NCBI GenBank assembly: GCA_045533675.1
Contig: JAZSIF010000054.1
Location: 27,287-91,286 of the forward strand
Origin: Eubacteriales bacterium
GTDB taxonomy: Bacteria > Bacillota > Clostridia > Oscillospirales > CAG-272
Direction of reading: 5' to 3'
DNA length: 64,000 nt
The notes beneath the pieces were generated by a model. The model saw nothing but the letters and a program-made list of their open reading frames with translations. It was not told the DNA's origin and made no database searches. Position 1 is the stretch's first letter; each line of letters opens with the position of its first letter. This document shows, in pieces, positions 21,254 to 31,003 of this stretch. The position numbers were made by a program, and so were the translations under genes.

Positions 21254-21297
21254 TTGACAAATTGATTTTTTGTGGTATAATATGAGAGTGATTCTCA
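21254..21297 (+). promoter_or_regulatory. Sigma-A promoter with Fur-family 7-1-7 operator
   Basis: TTGACA (21254), TG-n-TATAAT (21276), then TGAGAGT-G-ATTCTCA (21283-21297). Confidence 0.7.
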
Positions 21298-21311
21298 ATT
21301 TGGAGGAAAAA

Positions 21312-21728
21312 ATGGCAGGATATAAAACCGAACAGAAGAAGATGCTTCTGGCTTATCTTCAAGCCAATGGGAAGTCGGCGTACGGAATTGAAGAGCTGGC
21401 AGAGGGAATGCGGACTATGTATGGTGAGCTTTCTCCGGGGGTCAGTACCGTGTATCGGCTGATGGACCGATTGGTTAAGGAGGGAACCGTCAAGCGTTTT
21501 CCCAAGGAACAGGGCAGGGGCTTTCTGTATCAGATCGTAGCGGGTCGTACCTGCCGAAAGCATCTGCACCTGCGGTGTGTGTCCTGCGGACGATTGCTTC
21601 ATATGGAGGAATCCTTGTCAGAGGAAATTTCTGTGCGTCTTTTGTCGGTTTGCGGTTTTTCGCTGAAGGAGGAGGAGACGGTTCTTTCGGGAGTCTGCAA
21701 AATTTGTCGGGAGGGAGAAACGGTATGA
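21312..21728 (+). CDS. Fur-family transcriptional repressor (Zur-like by context)
   Basis: STVYRL, HLHLRCVSCG, C-terminal CKIC; upstream of a metal ABC transporter. Confidence 0.88.
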   Translation: MAGYKTEQKKMLLAYLQANGKSAYGIEELAEGMRTMYGELSPGVSTVYRLMDRLVKEGTVKRFPKEQGRGFLYQIVAGRTCRKHLHLRCVSCGRLLHMEESLSEEISVRLLSVCGFSLKEEETVLSGVCKICREGETV

Positions 21729-22684
21729 AAAAAAGAATATTTTGCGGTCTTCTTGTCTGCCTTTTGCTGCTTCTTCCCTTGTATGGATGCGGCGGGGAGA
21801 GGGACCAAGCCAGAGTGAAGATCGTTTGTACCGTGTTTCCCTTTTACGATTGGGTGAAGAACGTGGTCGGTGACGTGGAGGGCGTGGAGGTTCTTTGGCT
21901 GGCGGACAATGGAAGTGACCCGCACAGCTTCCAGCCCTCGGCATCGGATATGGTCGAGGTGTCTACGGCAGACCTTGTATTGTACGTGGGCGGAGTGTCG
22001 GATGTTTGGGTGGGGGAAGCGTTGAAAAACGGGGAAAAGGGCAGCGGTATGCCCCTCTTAACCGAGGAGGGTGTCACTCTTCGTCCCGTTTCGGCGGAAT
22101 CGGGGCATTCTCACGAGGACGGGCACGCTCACGAGATGGACGAGCATCTGTGGTTATCGTTGAGAAACGCTGTTATCTGTGTAGAGCGGATCGCTTTGCG
22201 GCTCTCGGAATTGGATGCGGAGCATGCTGACGCATACCGTTCCAATGCCCGGGAGTATATGGAGAAGCTTCAAGCCCAGGACTCCTCCTTTACAAAGAAT
22301 GTAGCGGAAGCAGAAAAAAACCGTATTTTGTTTGCCGATCGATTTCCCTTTGTATACCTGACTGAGGATTATCACATCGAATACCGTGCGGCGTTCAGTG
22401 GATGCACCACCGACACGGATGCGGATTTTTCCACAGTGATTGATCTGGCTGAGGTGGTCGACCAATGGGAGCTTCGGTACGTGATGGTGACGGAAAGCTC
22501 GGATCTGTCCCTTGCCGAGAGTGTGATCCGTGCGACAAAGGACAAAAATCATGTAGTGCTTCGCATGAACTCCATGCAAGCGGTACGCGCGGAGGAGGCA
22601 GAGAGCGGCATGACTTATCTTTCGGTCATGGAGCAAAATCTTCTGACCCTTCTGCGGGCTCTGGAATTGGATTTGGATGATTGA
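21725..22684 (+). CDS. znuA: Zn/Mn ABC transporter substrate-binding lipoprotein
   Basis: Lipobox LYGC, DPHSF, His-rich loop, DEHLWLS. Confidence 0.88.
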   Translation: MKKRIFCGLLVCLLLLLPLYGCGGERDQARVKIVCTVFPFYDWVKNVVGDVEGVEVLWLADNGSDPHSFQPSASDMVEVSTADLVLYVGGVSDVWVGEALKNGEKGSGMPLLTEEGVTLRPVSAESGHSHEDGHAHEMDEHLWLSLRNAVICVERIALRLSELDAEHADAYRSNAREYMEKLQAQDSSFTKNVAEAEKNRILFADRFPFVYLTEDYHIEYRAAFSGCTTDTDADFSTVIDLAEVVDQWELRYVMVTESSDLSLAESVIRATKDKNHVVLRMNSMQAVRAEEAESGMTYLSVMEQNLLTLLRALELDLDD

Positions 22685-22695
22685 GGAGATCGGAT

Positions 22696-23397
22696 ATGGC
22701 ACAGATAGAATGCAAAGACGTGAGCCTTGGCTATGACGGAAAAACCATTTGTCGCGGCTTAAATTTTACGGTGAATCGGGGAGATTACCTCTGTATTGTA
22801 GGGAATAACGGGTCTGGAAAGAGTACGCTGATGAAGGTGCTTCTGCGTTTGAAAACGGCGGACAAGGGTGCGGTTTTTTTTGGAGACGGCGTTTGTTCCC
22901 ACGATATGGGGTATCTGCCCCAGCAACGGGAGGGACGGCGGGATTTTCCCGCTTCGGTGCGGGAGGTGGTGCTTTCCGGCTGTGTGGGAGATTCCTCCTT
23001 TCGTTTCTTTCTTTCTCGGGATGCCCGCCTTGCGGCAGAGAAAAATATGGAGCGATTGGGCGTATCGTCTCTTGCGGAGAGATCCTTTTCAAAGCTGTCG
23101 GGCGGACAGCAGCAGAGAGTTCTTTTGGCAAGAGCCTTATGCGCCGCCGAGCGACTTCTTTTGTTGGACGAGCCAACCTCGGGGCTTGACCCTAAGGGGA
23201 CCGAGGAGCTATATGAGACGATCAATCGACTGAATCGGGAAGGGATTACGGTTATCATGATTACTCACGATCTGCCCGCGGTAGCGAGGTATGCTACATC
23301 GGTCCTATCCATGGGGGAGGAACCCGTGTTCTATCCCTCGGTCCGTGAATATTTAGCAAGCACCTCCTTGATGGATGGAAGGGGAGGAGCGTCATGA
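22696..23397 (+). CDS. znuC: Metal ABC transporter ATP-binding protein
   Basis: GNNGSGKST, GYLPQ, LSGGQQQR, LLLDEP, ITHD. Confidence 0.9.
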   Translation: MAQIECKDVSLGYDGKTICRGLNFTVNRGDYLCIVGNNGSGKSTLMKVLLRLKTADKGAVFFGDGVCSHDMGYLPQQREGRRDFPASVREVVLSGCVGDSSFRFFLSRDARLAAEKNMERLGVSSLAERSFSKLSGGQQQRVLLARALCAAERLLLLDEPTSGLDPKGTEELYETINRLNREGITVIMITHDLPAVARYATSVLSMGEEPVFYPSVREYLASTSLMDGRGGAS

Positions 23398-24224
23398 GTG
23401 AGTTTTTACGCTATTTTGAATATTCCTTTGTGTGGTATGCGCTGATCGTTGGGGTGCTGGTCTCTCTTTGCTCGGCGCTCTTTGGTGTGGTTTTGGTCTT
23501 AAAGCGATTTTCCTTTATCGGAGACGGTCTTTCCCACGTTGCTTTTGGCGCGCTGGCGGTATCCGCTGTGGCGGGGCTTAGCAACGACGTGCTGATCGTG
23601 ATGCCCATTACCGTGTTGGCGGCGATTTTGATTCTCAAGACGGGGCAGCATACGAAGATCAAGGGAGACGCGGTCATCGCCATGGTATCGGTGGGAGCGC
23701 TTGCCGTTGGCTATCTGCTTTTGGATCGTTTTTCTGCCTCTGCCAATGTGGCGGGAGACGTATGTGGAAGCCTTTTCGGTTCCTTCTCGATTCTGACCCT
23801 GACTCGAGTGGACCTTTGGGTGTCTCTTGTAATGTCGGTTTTGGTGGTAGGTTTGTTTATTTTCTGTTACCATCGAATTTTCAGCGTGACCTTTGATGAG
23901 GATTTTGCCCGCGCGGCGGGCATCCGCGTATCACTTTACAATCTTCTCATTGCCACCGTGACGGCGGTGATTATCGTACTGGCGATGAATCTGGTAGGCT
24001 CGCTTTTGGTGTCCGCCTTGATTATCTTTCCCGCTCTGTGCGCTATGCGACTGTGCGCAAGCTTCCGCGGGGTGGTCATTACGGCGGCAATTCTTTCGGT
24101 GGGGTGTTCGGCTCTGGGTATTCTTTTGTCCCTCGTGGCATCGACTCCCGTGGGACCCACCATCGTCGGCGCCGACCTTCTCGCGTTCTTCATCTGCGCA
24201 GTGATCGGACGGATCAAAAAATAA
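23394..24224 (+). CDS. znuB: Metal ABC transporter permease
   Basis: GDGLSHVAF, LFGS, FDEDFA, VGSLLVSAL. Confidence 0.9.
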   Translation: MSEFLRYFEYSFVWYALIVGVLVSLCSALFGVVLVLKRFSFIGDGLSHVAFGALAVSAVAGLSNDVLIVMPITVLAAILILKTGQHTKIKGDAVIAMVSVGALAVGYLLLDRFSASANVAGDVCGSLFGSFSILTLTRVDLWVSLVMSVLVVGLFIFCYHRIFSVTFDEDFARAAGIRVSLYNLLIATVTAVIIVLAMNLVGSLLVSALIIFPALCAMRLCASFRGVVITAAILSVGCSALGILLSLVASTPVGPTIVGADLLAFFICAVIGRIKK

Positions 24225-24236
24225 ATATTCTATTAC

Positions 24237-24278
24237 CATAAAGAAACGGCAGAGCATATGCTCTGCCGTTTCTTTATG
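24237..24278. terminator. Bidirectional terminator (perfect 42-bp palindrome) between convergent znuB and ileS
   Basis: CATAAAGAAACGGCAGAGCAT|ATGCTCTGCCGTTTCTTTATG. Confidence 0.8.
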
Positions 24279-24288
24279 AAAGGGGTTT

Positions 24289-27200
24289 TTACTTGTTTCT
24301 CTGAAGCTTGACGGTGATTTCGGTGCCGTCCAGGTCGATCTTACCCGTGTATTCTACGTTTGCGGGGGCTTGGATGGTTGCCAAAAGGTCACGGCAGAGG
24401 GCGTTCTTCTTTTCCTCGAGGATGCTCTTGATCAGCTCGGAGTCGGTCTCGAAGGAGATAAAAATGCGGTCGCTGACGTCAAAGCCTGCCATCTTACGGA
24501 ATACCTGACACTGACGGACGATATCGCGGAGGATTCCCGCTCTTTGGAGCTCCTCGGAAATAGTGGTGTCCAACGCCACAAAGCTGTCGTTGTTTTTATA
24601 GATGGCAATATGCTCTTTTGCCTGGGAGTTGACCGTGAACACGTCGGGCTGGACGTCCAAATCAAGGATCTTGACGTTCTCGCCGCTCTTGACGGCATCG
24701 GACAGGGTCTGCTGGGCGGCTGCGTCCAGCTCGGAAAGAGCTGCCTTTACGTCATTGGCGCGGTTCTTCAATACCCGTCCCGCAACCTTGAAGTTGACGG
24801 TGAGGAAGTTTGCCTCCAGGTCGGAGGTGTCGGACAGCTCCTTGATCTCGCCTACATTCAGCTCGCTCAAAATGATGGAGCCGAAGGTGGCGATGGCACT
24901 GTGATTTGCCTCATTTGCGCTGACGTAAATGGTGGGCAGGGGCTGACGAATCTTGATCTGCTTCTCATTTCTCAGCTTGAGAGAGAGAGAGATGATCTCT
25001 CTTGCCTGTTCCACGTCGGAGAGGATTTGATCGTCCGAAATGTTCAGCGCGGGGGCCACGGTAGGCCAATCGGTGAGGAAGACGGAGAGGGCGCTCTCGT
25101 CGGAGTAACGCTTGATGAATCTCTGCCATACGGTCTCGGTGATAAAGGGAACGATAGGAGCCATGATGCCCGTGATGGACTTGATGGCATAGAAGAGAAC
25201 CGCATAGGCATTCTGCTTGTCTGCGTCAACGTCCGAGCTCCAGAAGCGGGCACGGTTGACACGGATATAGAAGTTGGAAATGTCGTTAACAAAGGCCTCA
25301 AAGCCCATGACCACTTCACGGGTGGAGTAATCCGCCATGTACTTGGATGCCTCCTCGATGAAGCGGTTGGTGCGGATCACCAGCCAGCGGTCGATGGGGC
25401 AGAGGTTGGAAACGTCGAGCTTGGCGAGGTCAACCTTCGCGCCGTCAATATCGGCGTAGGTGGAGAAGAAGGTCAGAAGATTCCAGAACGCCAAAAGCTT
25501 TCTCTTTGCCTCATCGCCGAGATTGAAGCCAAAGCGCACGTCCGTGGAGGTGGAGGAGGAAGCAAAGATATAACGGGAAGCGTCCGCGCCGATGATGTCG
25601 GCTGCCTCGTCAAAGCGGATCATGAAGCCGGTCTTGGAGAAGCGGCTTCCGTCCTCGGAAACGACCATTCCGTGGGTGCTGACACGCTCGTAAGGAGGCT
25701 CGTCCACCAATACGGTAGACATAAAGAGCATGGAGTAGAACCAAAGTCTGATCTGCTCCTTCATTTCCAGTACGTGCTCAGCGGGGAAGTACTGCTTCCA
25801 GTATTCCTTATCGGTGAGATATTTCAGGGTGGAGAAAGGAACGATTCCCGCATCCAGCCACACGTCGCCGACCTGAGTGACACGCTCGACCGCCTCGCCG
25901 CACTTGGGACACTTGATCTTTACAGCATCGATCCAGGGGCGGTGGAGGTGAGGAATGGCATCAACCTTTGATTTGTCAACCGCCAGCTTGTAAAGCTCAT
26001 CCTTGGAGCCGACCACCGTCAGCTCTCCGCAGGAGCAGAGATAGAAGGGCAGGGGCAGACCGTAGAAGCGCTTACGGGAAATGTTCCAGTCGGACATATT
26101 CTCCAGCCAGTCCATCATTCTCTTGCCCTGATAGGGAGGCTCCCAGCGAACCTTCTGCGCGTTGGCAATCAGGCGGGGGCGAAGCTCGTCCACGGCGATC
26201 GCCCACTCCTTGCCGAGACGGAAAATGATCTCCTTCTTACATCTCCAGCAAACGGGGTAGCTGTGCTTATACTTGTGGGTATAGAAGAGCTTTCCTCTAT
26301 TTTTCAGTTCGTCGAACACGAGCTGACGGCAATCCTGCGCATCAAGACCCGACAGGAAGCTGAAGCCATTGTAGAAAATACCGTACTCGTCGACGGGAAT
26401 AATCTTGGGGAGTCCAATGCTCTCGCCCAGGGCAAAGTCCTCGGCACCGCATCCGGGAGCGATATGAACGACACCGCATCCCTCATCGTCGGCGACCTCA
26501 TCCCAAAGGACGATCTTATGAGCGAAGCTCTGCTCCTCCATCTCGGGGAAGCAGGTCTCGTACTCCAAGCCCTCAAGGTCCCTACCCGACAGGGTAGCCA
26601 AAAGCTCCACGCCCTCCTTGCCCTCAAATTTCTGCTTGAAGTAGTTGAGGGAGGTGATATAGTTATGCTCCTCGCCCGCTACGTGCAGACGGACGTAGGT
26701 CATTTCGGGGTGGACTGCCAGCGCTACGTTTGCGGACAGGGTCCAGGGAGTAGTGGTCCAAACCAAAATGTAGTCGTTCGTATTCAGAATGGGGAGCTTG
26801 AAGAAGACTGCCTCGTGCTCGATTTCCTTATAGGAGCCCGTCATTTCGTGCTCCGAGAGAGAGGTTCCGCAACGGGAGCACCAGGGCATGGGCTTATAGA
26901 CCTGACGGATCCAGCCGCCCTCGTGGCACTTCTTGAGGAAGGTCCAGATTCCCTGAATATTTTCGTCGGTGTAAGTATAGTAGGAGTTATCCCAGTCCAT
27001 CCACTGTCCAAGACGCTTGGACTGCTCGGTGATAACGCCCGAGAACTTTTTCACGCGCTCGATGCACTTGTCGGTGAACTTGTCAAGACCGTATTCCTCG
27101 ATGTCGTGCTTGGTCTTGAAGCCCAGCTCCTTCTCCACCTCGACCTCGACCCAAAGACCCTGAGAGTCAAAGCCGTTGCGGTAGTGGCTGTCACAGCCCT

Positions 27201-27423
27201 TCATGGCGTGATATTTGAGATAGGTATCCTTCAGGGTTCTTCCCCAGGTGTGGTGAACGCCCATGGGGTTATTGGCGGTGATGGGGCCGTCAATGAAACG
27301 GTACTTGGGGCCGTTCGCGTTCTTTGCTTTCAGCTTCTTGAAGCATTCGTTTTCCTCCCAGAAGGAGAGGATCTCTTTCTCGTTTTCCACAAAGGAATAC
27401 TTTGTGTCAAATTTGTCCTGCAT
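24289..27423 (-). CDS. ileS: Isoleucine--tRNA ligase, type 2 (IleRS2)
   Basis: DGPITAN, WTTTPWTL editing domain, DWNISR, type-2 C-terminus (GILRDIVRQCQVFRK...DRI) with no zinc finger. Confidence 0.95.
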   Translation of the reverse strand: MQDKFDTKYSFVENEKEILSFWEENECFKKLKAKNANGPKYRFIDGPITANNPMGVHHTWGRTLKDTYLKYHAMKGCDSHYRNGFDSQGLWVEVEVEKELGFKTKHDIEEYGLDKFTDKCIERVKKFSGVITEQSKRLGQWMDWDNSYYTYTDENIQGIWTFLKKCHEGGWIRQVYKPMPWCSRCGTSLSEHEMTGSYKEIEHEAVFFKLPILNTNDYILVWTTTPWTLSANVALAVHPEMTYVRLHVAGEEHNYITSLNYFKQKFEGKEGVELLATLSGRDLEGLEYETCFPEMEEQSFAHKIVLWDEVADDEGCGVVHIAPGCGAEDFALGESIGLPKIIPVDEYGIFYNGFSFLSGLDAQDCRQLVFDELKNRGKLFYTHKYKHSYPVCWRCKKEIIFRLGKEWAIAVDELRPRLIANAQKVRWEPPYQGKRMMDWLENMSDWNISRKRFYGLPLPFYLCSCGELTVVGSKDELYKLAVDKSKVDAIPHLHRPWIDAVKIKCPKCGEAVERVTQVGDVWLDAGIVPFSTLKYLTDKEYWKQYFPAEHVLEMKEQIRLWFYSMLFMSTVLVDEPPYERVSTHGMVVSEDGSRFSKTGFMIRFDEAADIIGADASRYIFASSSTSTDVRFGFNLGDEAKRKLLAFWNLLTFFSTYADIDGAKVDLAKLDVSNLCPIDRWLVIRTNRFIEEASKYMADYSTREVVMGFEAFVNDISNFYIRVNRARFWSSDVDADKQNAYAVLFYAIKSITGIMAPIVPFITETVWQRFIKRYSDESALSVFLTDWPTVAPALNISDDQILSDVEQAREIISLSLKLRNEKQIKIRQPLPTIYVSANEANHSAIATFGSIILSELNVGEIKELSDTSDLEANFLTVNFKVAGRVLKNRANDVKAALSELDAAAQQTLSDAVKSGENVKILDLDVQPDVFTVNSQAKEHIAIYKNNDSFVALDTTISEELQRAGILRDIVRQCQVFRKMAGFDVSDRIFISFETDSELIKSILEEKKNALCRDLLATIQAPANVEYTGKIDLDGTEITVKLQRNK

Positions 27424-27480
27424 ACTGCTTTCCTTTCGTTGTATAGAAAATATATTTCTTCCATTTTACATACATAGTTT

Positions 27481-27509
27481 ATTATAGCACAATAAAATAA
27501 GCTTGTCAA
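27481..27509 (-). promoter_or_regulatory. Consensus sigma-A promoter of ileS
   Basis: Minus strand TTGACA (27509-27504), 17 bp, TATAAT (27486-27481). Confidence 0.7.
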
Positions 27510-27576
27510 CAATTATTATTGATAAAGAGGTAGAATCTCCCCTGCCACCCCAAATGATAGGTGTCCGATTGTAAAA

Positions 27577-27648
27577 CGGACGACCAATGGTCATTCCTAC
27601 AGGAGTATGGATTTTTCTTTTGCCGTAGGGAAGTGCATTGCACGTCCG
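27577..27648. repeat. Pair of 24-nt GTAG-type REP-like sequences in opposite orientation
   Basis: Minus GTAGGAATGACCATTGGTCGTCCG (27600-27577) and plus GTAGGGAAGTGCATTGCACGTCCG (27625-27648). Confidence 0.65.
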
Positions 27649-27899
27649 AAAAAAGGCGCATCATCGAAAAGCGAGGTCAGTTTGTTGTTTAAAATTTAAT
27701 ATTTTCTACCTTGGGACTCTTTTTTGTGCTGTCCGTACAATTTGGGGCAGTTCACAGTTCAATGGAAGATCCCCTCTTTTTCTTTCAAAAGAATATATAA
27801 ATAACCCTTGCAAAAGGGATGGGGTTGTGCTATAATTATACTGGATAATGGTATGGTATTGCCATTTTGCGAATTTTTTGTTGAAAAATGGGTTCATAT

Positions 27900-28499
27900 A
27901 TGTCGATTCGATTGATTTTGGCATCCGAATCGCCCAGAAGACGTGAGCTTCTCGGGGGCTTCGGTCTGCCCTTTGAAATATTGCCCGCCCATGCGGACGA
28001 GCACTGCGAGCTTCGCGATCCCGCCGCCTATGCCGAGGAGCTGGCAAGGCGAAAGGGACGGGCGGTGGCAGAGACTCTGAGCGCTCCCAAGGAGGGAGAG
28101 ACCTTGGTGGTGGTTTCCGCCGATACGGTGGTCGCTACCGACCGAGAGATCCTCGGAAAGCCCCGTGACCGCGCCGATGCCGTTCGGATGATCTCCGAGC
28201 TTTCGGGCACGACCCACCGAGTGATCACGGGGATCGCGCTGACGGTAAACGGAGTTACACACTCCTCCTACGAGGTGACCGAGGTTACGGTGGATCCCAT
28301 TCCTATGGAGGAGATCGAGAGATACGTAGATAGCGGCGATCCTATGGACAAGGCGGGGGGATATGGCATTCAAGGGGATTTTTCCCGATGGGTGCGGGGC
28401 ATCCGCGGATGCTATTTTAACGTAGTGGGGCTTCCCATGAATGCCCTGAACCGCCTGTGGTTCGCATGTATGGGAGAATATCCGAGATCGGCGGACTGA
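27900..28499 (+). CDS. maf: Maf nucleotide pyrophosphatase
   Basis: LILASESPRRRELL, SADTVV, ILGKP, DKAGGYGIQ. Confidence 0.95.
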   Translation: MSIRLILASESPRRRELLGGFGLPFEILPAHADEHCELRDPAAYAEELARRKGRAVAETLSAPKEGETLVVVSADTVVATDREILGKPRDRADAVRMISELSGTTHRVITGIALTVNGVTHSSYEVTEVTVDPIPMEEIERYVDSGDPMDKAGGYGIQGDFSRWVRGIRGCYFNVVGLPMNALNRLWFACMGEYPRSAD

Positions 28500-28536
28500 G
28501 CTGATACGGAGAAAAATACGAAAGAAAGGAGCATAT

Positions 28537-29550
28537 TTGGCTATGGCGAAGGTGATCGGTGTCGATTTGGGCACGGCAAATACGCTGATCTGTATGCGGG
28601 GCGAGGGCATTGTGATTCGGTGTCCCTCGGCGGTTGCCATCGACAAGGAAACCCGTGAGATCATCGCCCAGGGCGGCGAAGCCAAGCGGATGATGGGCAG
28701 GACTCCCCGTGGGATTCTTGCCTTCCGTCCCTTAAAGGACGGTGTCATTACCGATGCCGACGTAACGGCGGGTATGCTTCGGAACTATTTTAAGAGCATC
28801 GGCGCCATTTCTACCTTTAGCCGACCTTTGGTGGTGGCAAGCGTTCCTTTCGGTGTGACCGAGGTGGAGAAGCGAGCCATTGAGGATGCGGTCTTTGAGG
28901 CGGGAGCCAGACGGGTAGCGCTGATGGAGGAGCCCATTGCGGCGGCTCTTGGGTCGGGTCTTCGTGTCAGCGGACCCAAGGGAACCATGATCGTGGACAT
29001 CGGCGGCGGAACCACCGAGGTTGCGGTCATCAGTCTTGGCGGCATAGTGGCATCTCAATCTCTCAGAATTGCGGGGGACGAGCTGGACGAGGCGATTGTG
29101 GCATATTTGCGAGAGACTCGCGGGGTGTTGATTGGAGAAGCCACTGCCGAGGAGCTGAAGCTGAGGATCGGCTCGGCGCATCCGTCGGTGGACCGTGGGG
29201 CCATGACGGTCAGTGGTATGCACCTGACAAGGCGGATGGGTGTGATGATGGACGTACATACGAGTGAGATCCGAGAGGCGGTAGAGCCCGCTCTCGATCA
29301 AATCCTTCAAGCCATCGGCAGAACCTTAGAGCGCACTCCTCCCGAGATTTCCTCGGATCTTTATGATTTTGGTTTGGTGCTGACGGGCGGCGGCGCGTTG
29401 CTTCCCGGACTTCCCGCCTTGATCGGCGATCGGATCGGAATGCGAGCGAGGATCGCAAGACGTCCTATGGAGAACGTCTGCATGGGTATGCTTCGCATCA
29501 TTGACAGTGGCGCGGAGTCTGGCGAAATTCTTCGATTCCGTGAGCGATGA
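28537..29550 (+). CDS. mreB: Rod shape-determining protein MreB
   Basis: DLGTANT, PLKDGVI, TEVEKRA, EEPIAAA, DIGGGTTE, LTGGGALL. Confidence 0.95.
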   Translation: MAMAKVIGVDLGTANTLICMRGEGIVIRCPSAVAIDKETREIIAQGGEAKRMMGRTPRGILAFRPLKDGVITDADVTAGMLRNYFKSIGAISTFSRPLVVASVPFGVTEVEKRAIEDAVFEAGARRVALMEEPIAAALGSGLRVSGPKGTMIVDIGGGTTEVAVISLGGIVASQSLRIAGDELDEAIVAYLRETRGVLIGEATAEELKLRIGSAHPSVDRGAMTVSGMHLTRRMGVMMDVHTSEIREAVEPALDQILQAIGRTLERTPPEISSDLYDFGLVLTGGGALLPGLPALIGDRIGMRARIARRPMENVCMGMLRIIDSGAESGEILRFRER

Positions 29551-29588
29551 TCGATCGGCATCGAATTGGATGAGGAGAAACGAAATTT

Positions 29589-30434
29589 ATGAAATTTTTG
29601 AAATCAAAGTTTTTCATCGTGTCGGTCCTCCTGATGGCAGGATTGATCGCCGCCACAGCCATTCTCGGTGCCATGGGTCTGCCCGCTCCTCTGCGTAGCG
29701 CGGTGAAAACGATCTCCACGCCCTTTGTGTGGTGTGGAAACAAGGTCGGGGAAGCGGTAGACGGCTTTGTGGGAGCATTTACCCGATACGACGATCTGCA
29801 GACCGAGAACGAAGAGCTGAGGGCGGCACTGGATTCCATGGAAAATGAATCCAGGGAGAATGAGGTATTGCGAGCCGAAAACGAGTGGCTCAAAACGTAT
29901 TTGAAAATGGAGACCGAGCATCCCGAATTTTCTATGACCGATGCCCGCGTGATTGCCCGTGAGACGGGCAGTGCCGTTACTGTTCTGACCCTGAATCGGG
30001 GACGGGTGCACGGAGTAAAAAATCAGATGTCGGTGATCACTGACACGGGGCTTTTGGGTTATGTAAAGGAAACGGGACTCGATTGGTGCAAGGTTGTGAC
30101 CGTGGTTGAAACCGCCAGCTCAGTGGGTGTCTATACTGACCGTACAGGGATAGAAGGGGTTGCCGAGGGTAATGCCTCGCTGTCGGGAAGCGGCGTTTGT
30201 CACATGACCTATATTGAGCCCGGGGCGGATATTCGCATCGGTGACTGTGTATATACCAAGGGAGGAGAGGGAAGTCTTTATCCCCCCGGCCTCCTTTTGG
30301 GAACAGTAGAGAGCTTGGATGCCGACGAGGGCGCTCGCATGCTGGTGGCTACCATTCGTCCCGCGGTGGATTTCTCGGACCCTCTGTCTCTCAGACGTGT
30401 CATGATCATTAGCGGCTATGCGGTGGGGGATTGA
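29589..30434 (+). CDS. mreC: Rod shape-determining protein MreC
   Basis: N-terminal TM, coiled coil (ENEELR), ARVIAR, LNRG..HGV, YPPGLLLG. Confidence 0.92.
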   Translation: MKFLKSKFFIVSVLLMAGLIAATAILGAMGLPAPLRSAVKTISTPFVWCGNKVGEAVDGFVGAFTRYDDLQTENEELRAALDSMENESRENEVLRAENEWLKTYLKMETEHPEFSMTDARVIARETGSAVTVLTLNRGRVHGVKNQMSVITDTGLLGYVKETGLDWCKVVTVVETASSVGVYTDRTGIEGVAEGNASLSGSGVCHMTYIEPGADIRIGDCVYTKGGEGSLYPPGLLLGTVESLDADEGARMLVATIRPAVDFSDPLSLRRVMIISGYAVGD

Positions 30435-30435
30435 T

Positions 30436-30999
30436 ATGAGGAGACGAAGAAGAGGCTCTGTGGTCTCGGTTTTGCTTCAGCCCGAGATCCTTTGGCGGAT
30501 CCTTTGCTATGGATTTTTGATTTTGATTTTGGCGTCGGCGGAATATTCTTTTTTTCCGTCGCTTTGCTTTTTTCCCGCAGTCCCCGATCTTTTACTGGGA
30601 GCTACGGCTGCGGTATCGCTTTTGGATACCAGACGGGCATCTTTGGTGTTCTCGATTGCGGCGGGTCTCATGGCGGATGCCATCGGCGGTGTAGGGGCAC
30701 CGCTTTCCGCTCTTCTTTACGTGGCGGTTGCCTGCGTGGTGGGAGCGTTTGGTGAAAAAATGCTTCCGAGGTACGGCTCATATCTGGTACTGATGCTTCC
30801 GTCCCTTCTCTTGCGGGCGGGGTATTCGTTTCTTTTGTTTCTTTTGGGAGATTTTTCGGAAGGACTTTGGGTTTTTGTGGGACAACGATTGGTTCCCGAG
30901 GCTGCGGTTACGGCAGCGGCATCTTTGGCACTGTATTTTTTGGTGAAGCTTTCCATGCTTCCGTTTCGGGAAAAACGGGGGCTTGGCGAGCGGAGGTAA
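30436..30999 (+). CDS. mreD: Rod shape-determining protein MreD
   Basis: Hydrophobic, PDLLL, GLMAD; position after mreC. Confidence 0.8.
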   Translation: MRRRRRGSVVSVLLQPEILWRILCYGFLILILASAEYSFFPSLCFFPAVPDLLLGATAAVSLLDTRRASLVFSIAAGLMADAIGGVGAPLSALLYVAVACVVGAFGEKMLPRYGSYLVLMLPSLLLRAGYSFLLFLLGDFSEGLWVFVGQRLVPEAAVTAAASLALYFLVKLSMLPFREKRGLGERR

Positions 31000-31003
31000 T
31001 TAA

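Noticed and set aside
24370-27477. 533-aa and 404-aa plus-strand ORFs opposite ileS
   Set aside because: Antisense shadows of ileS.
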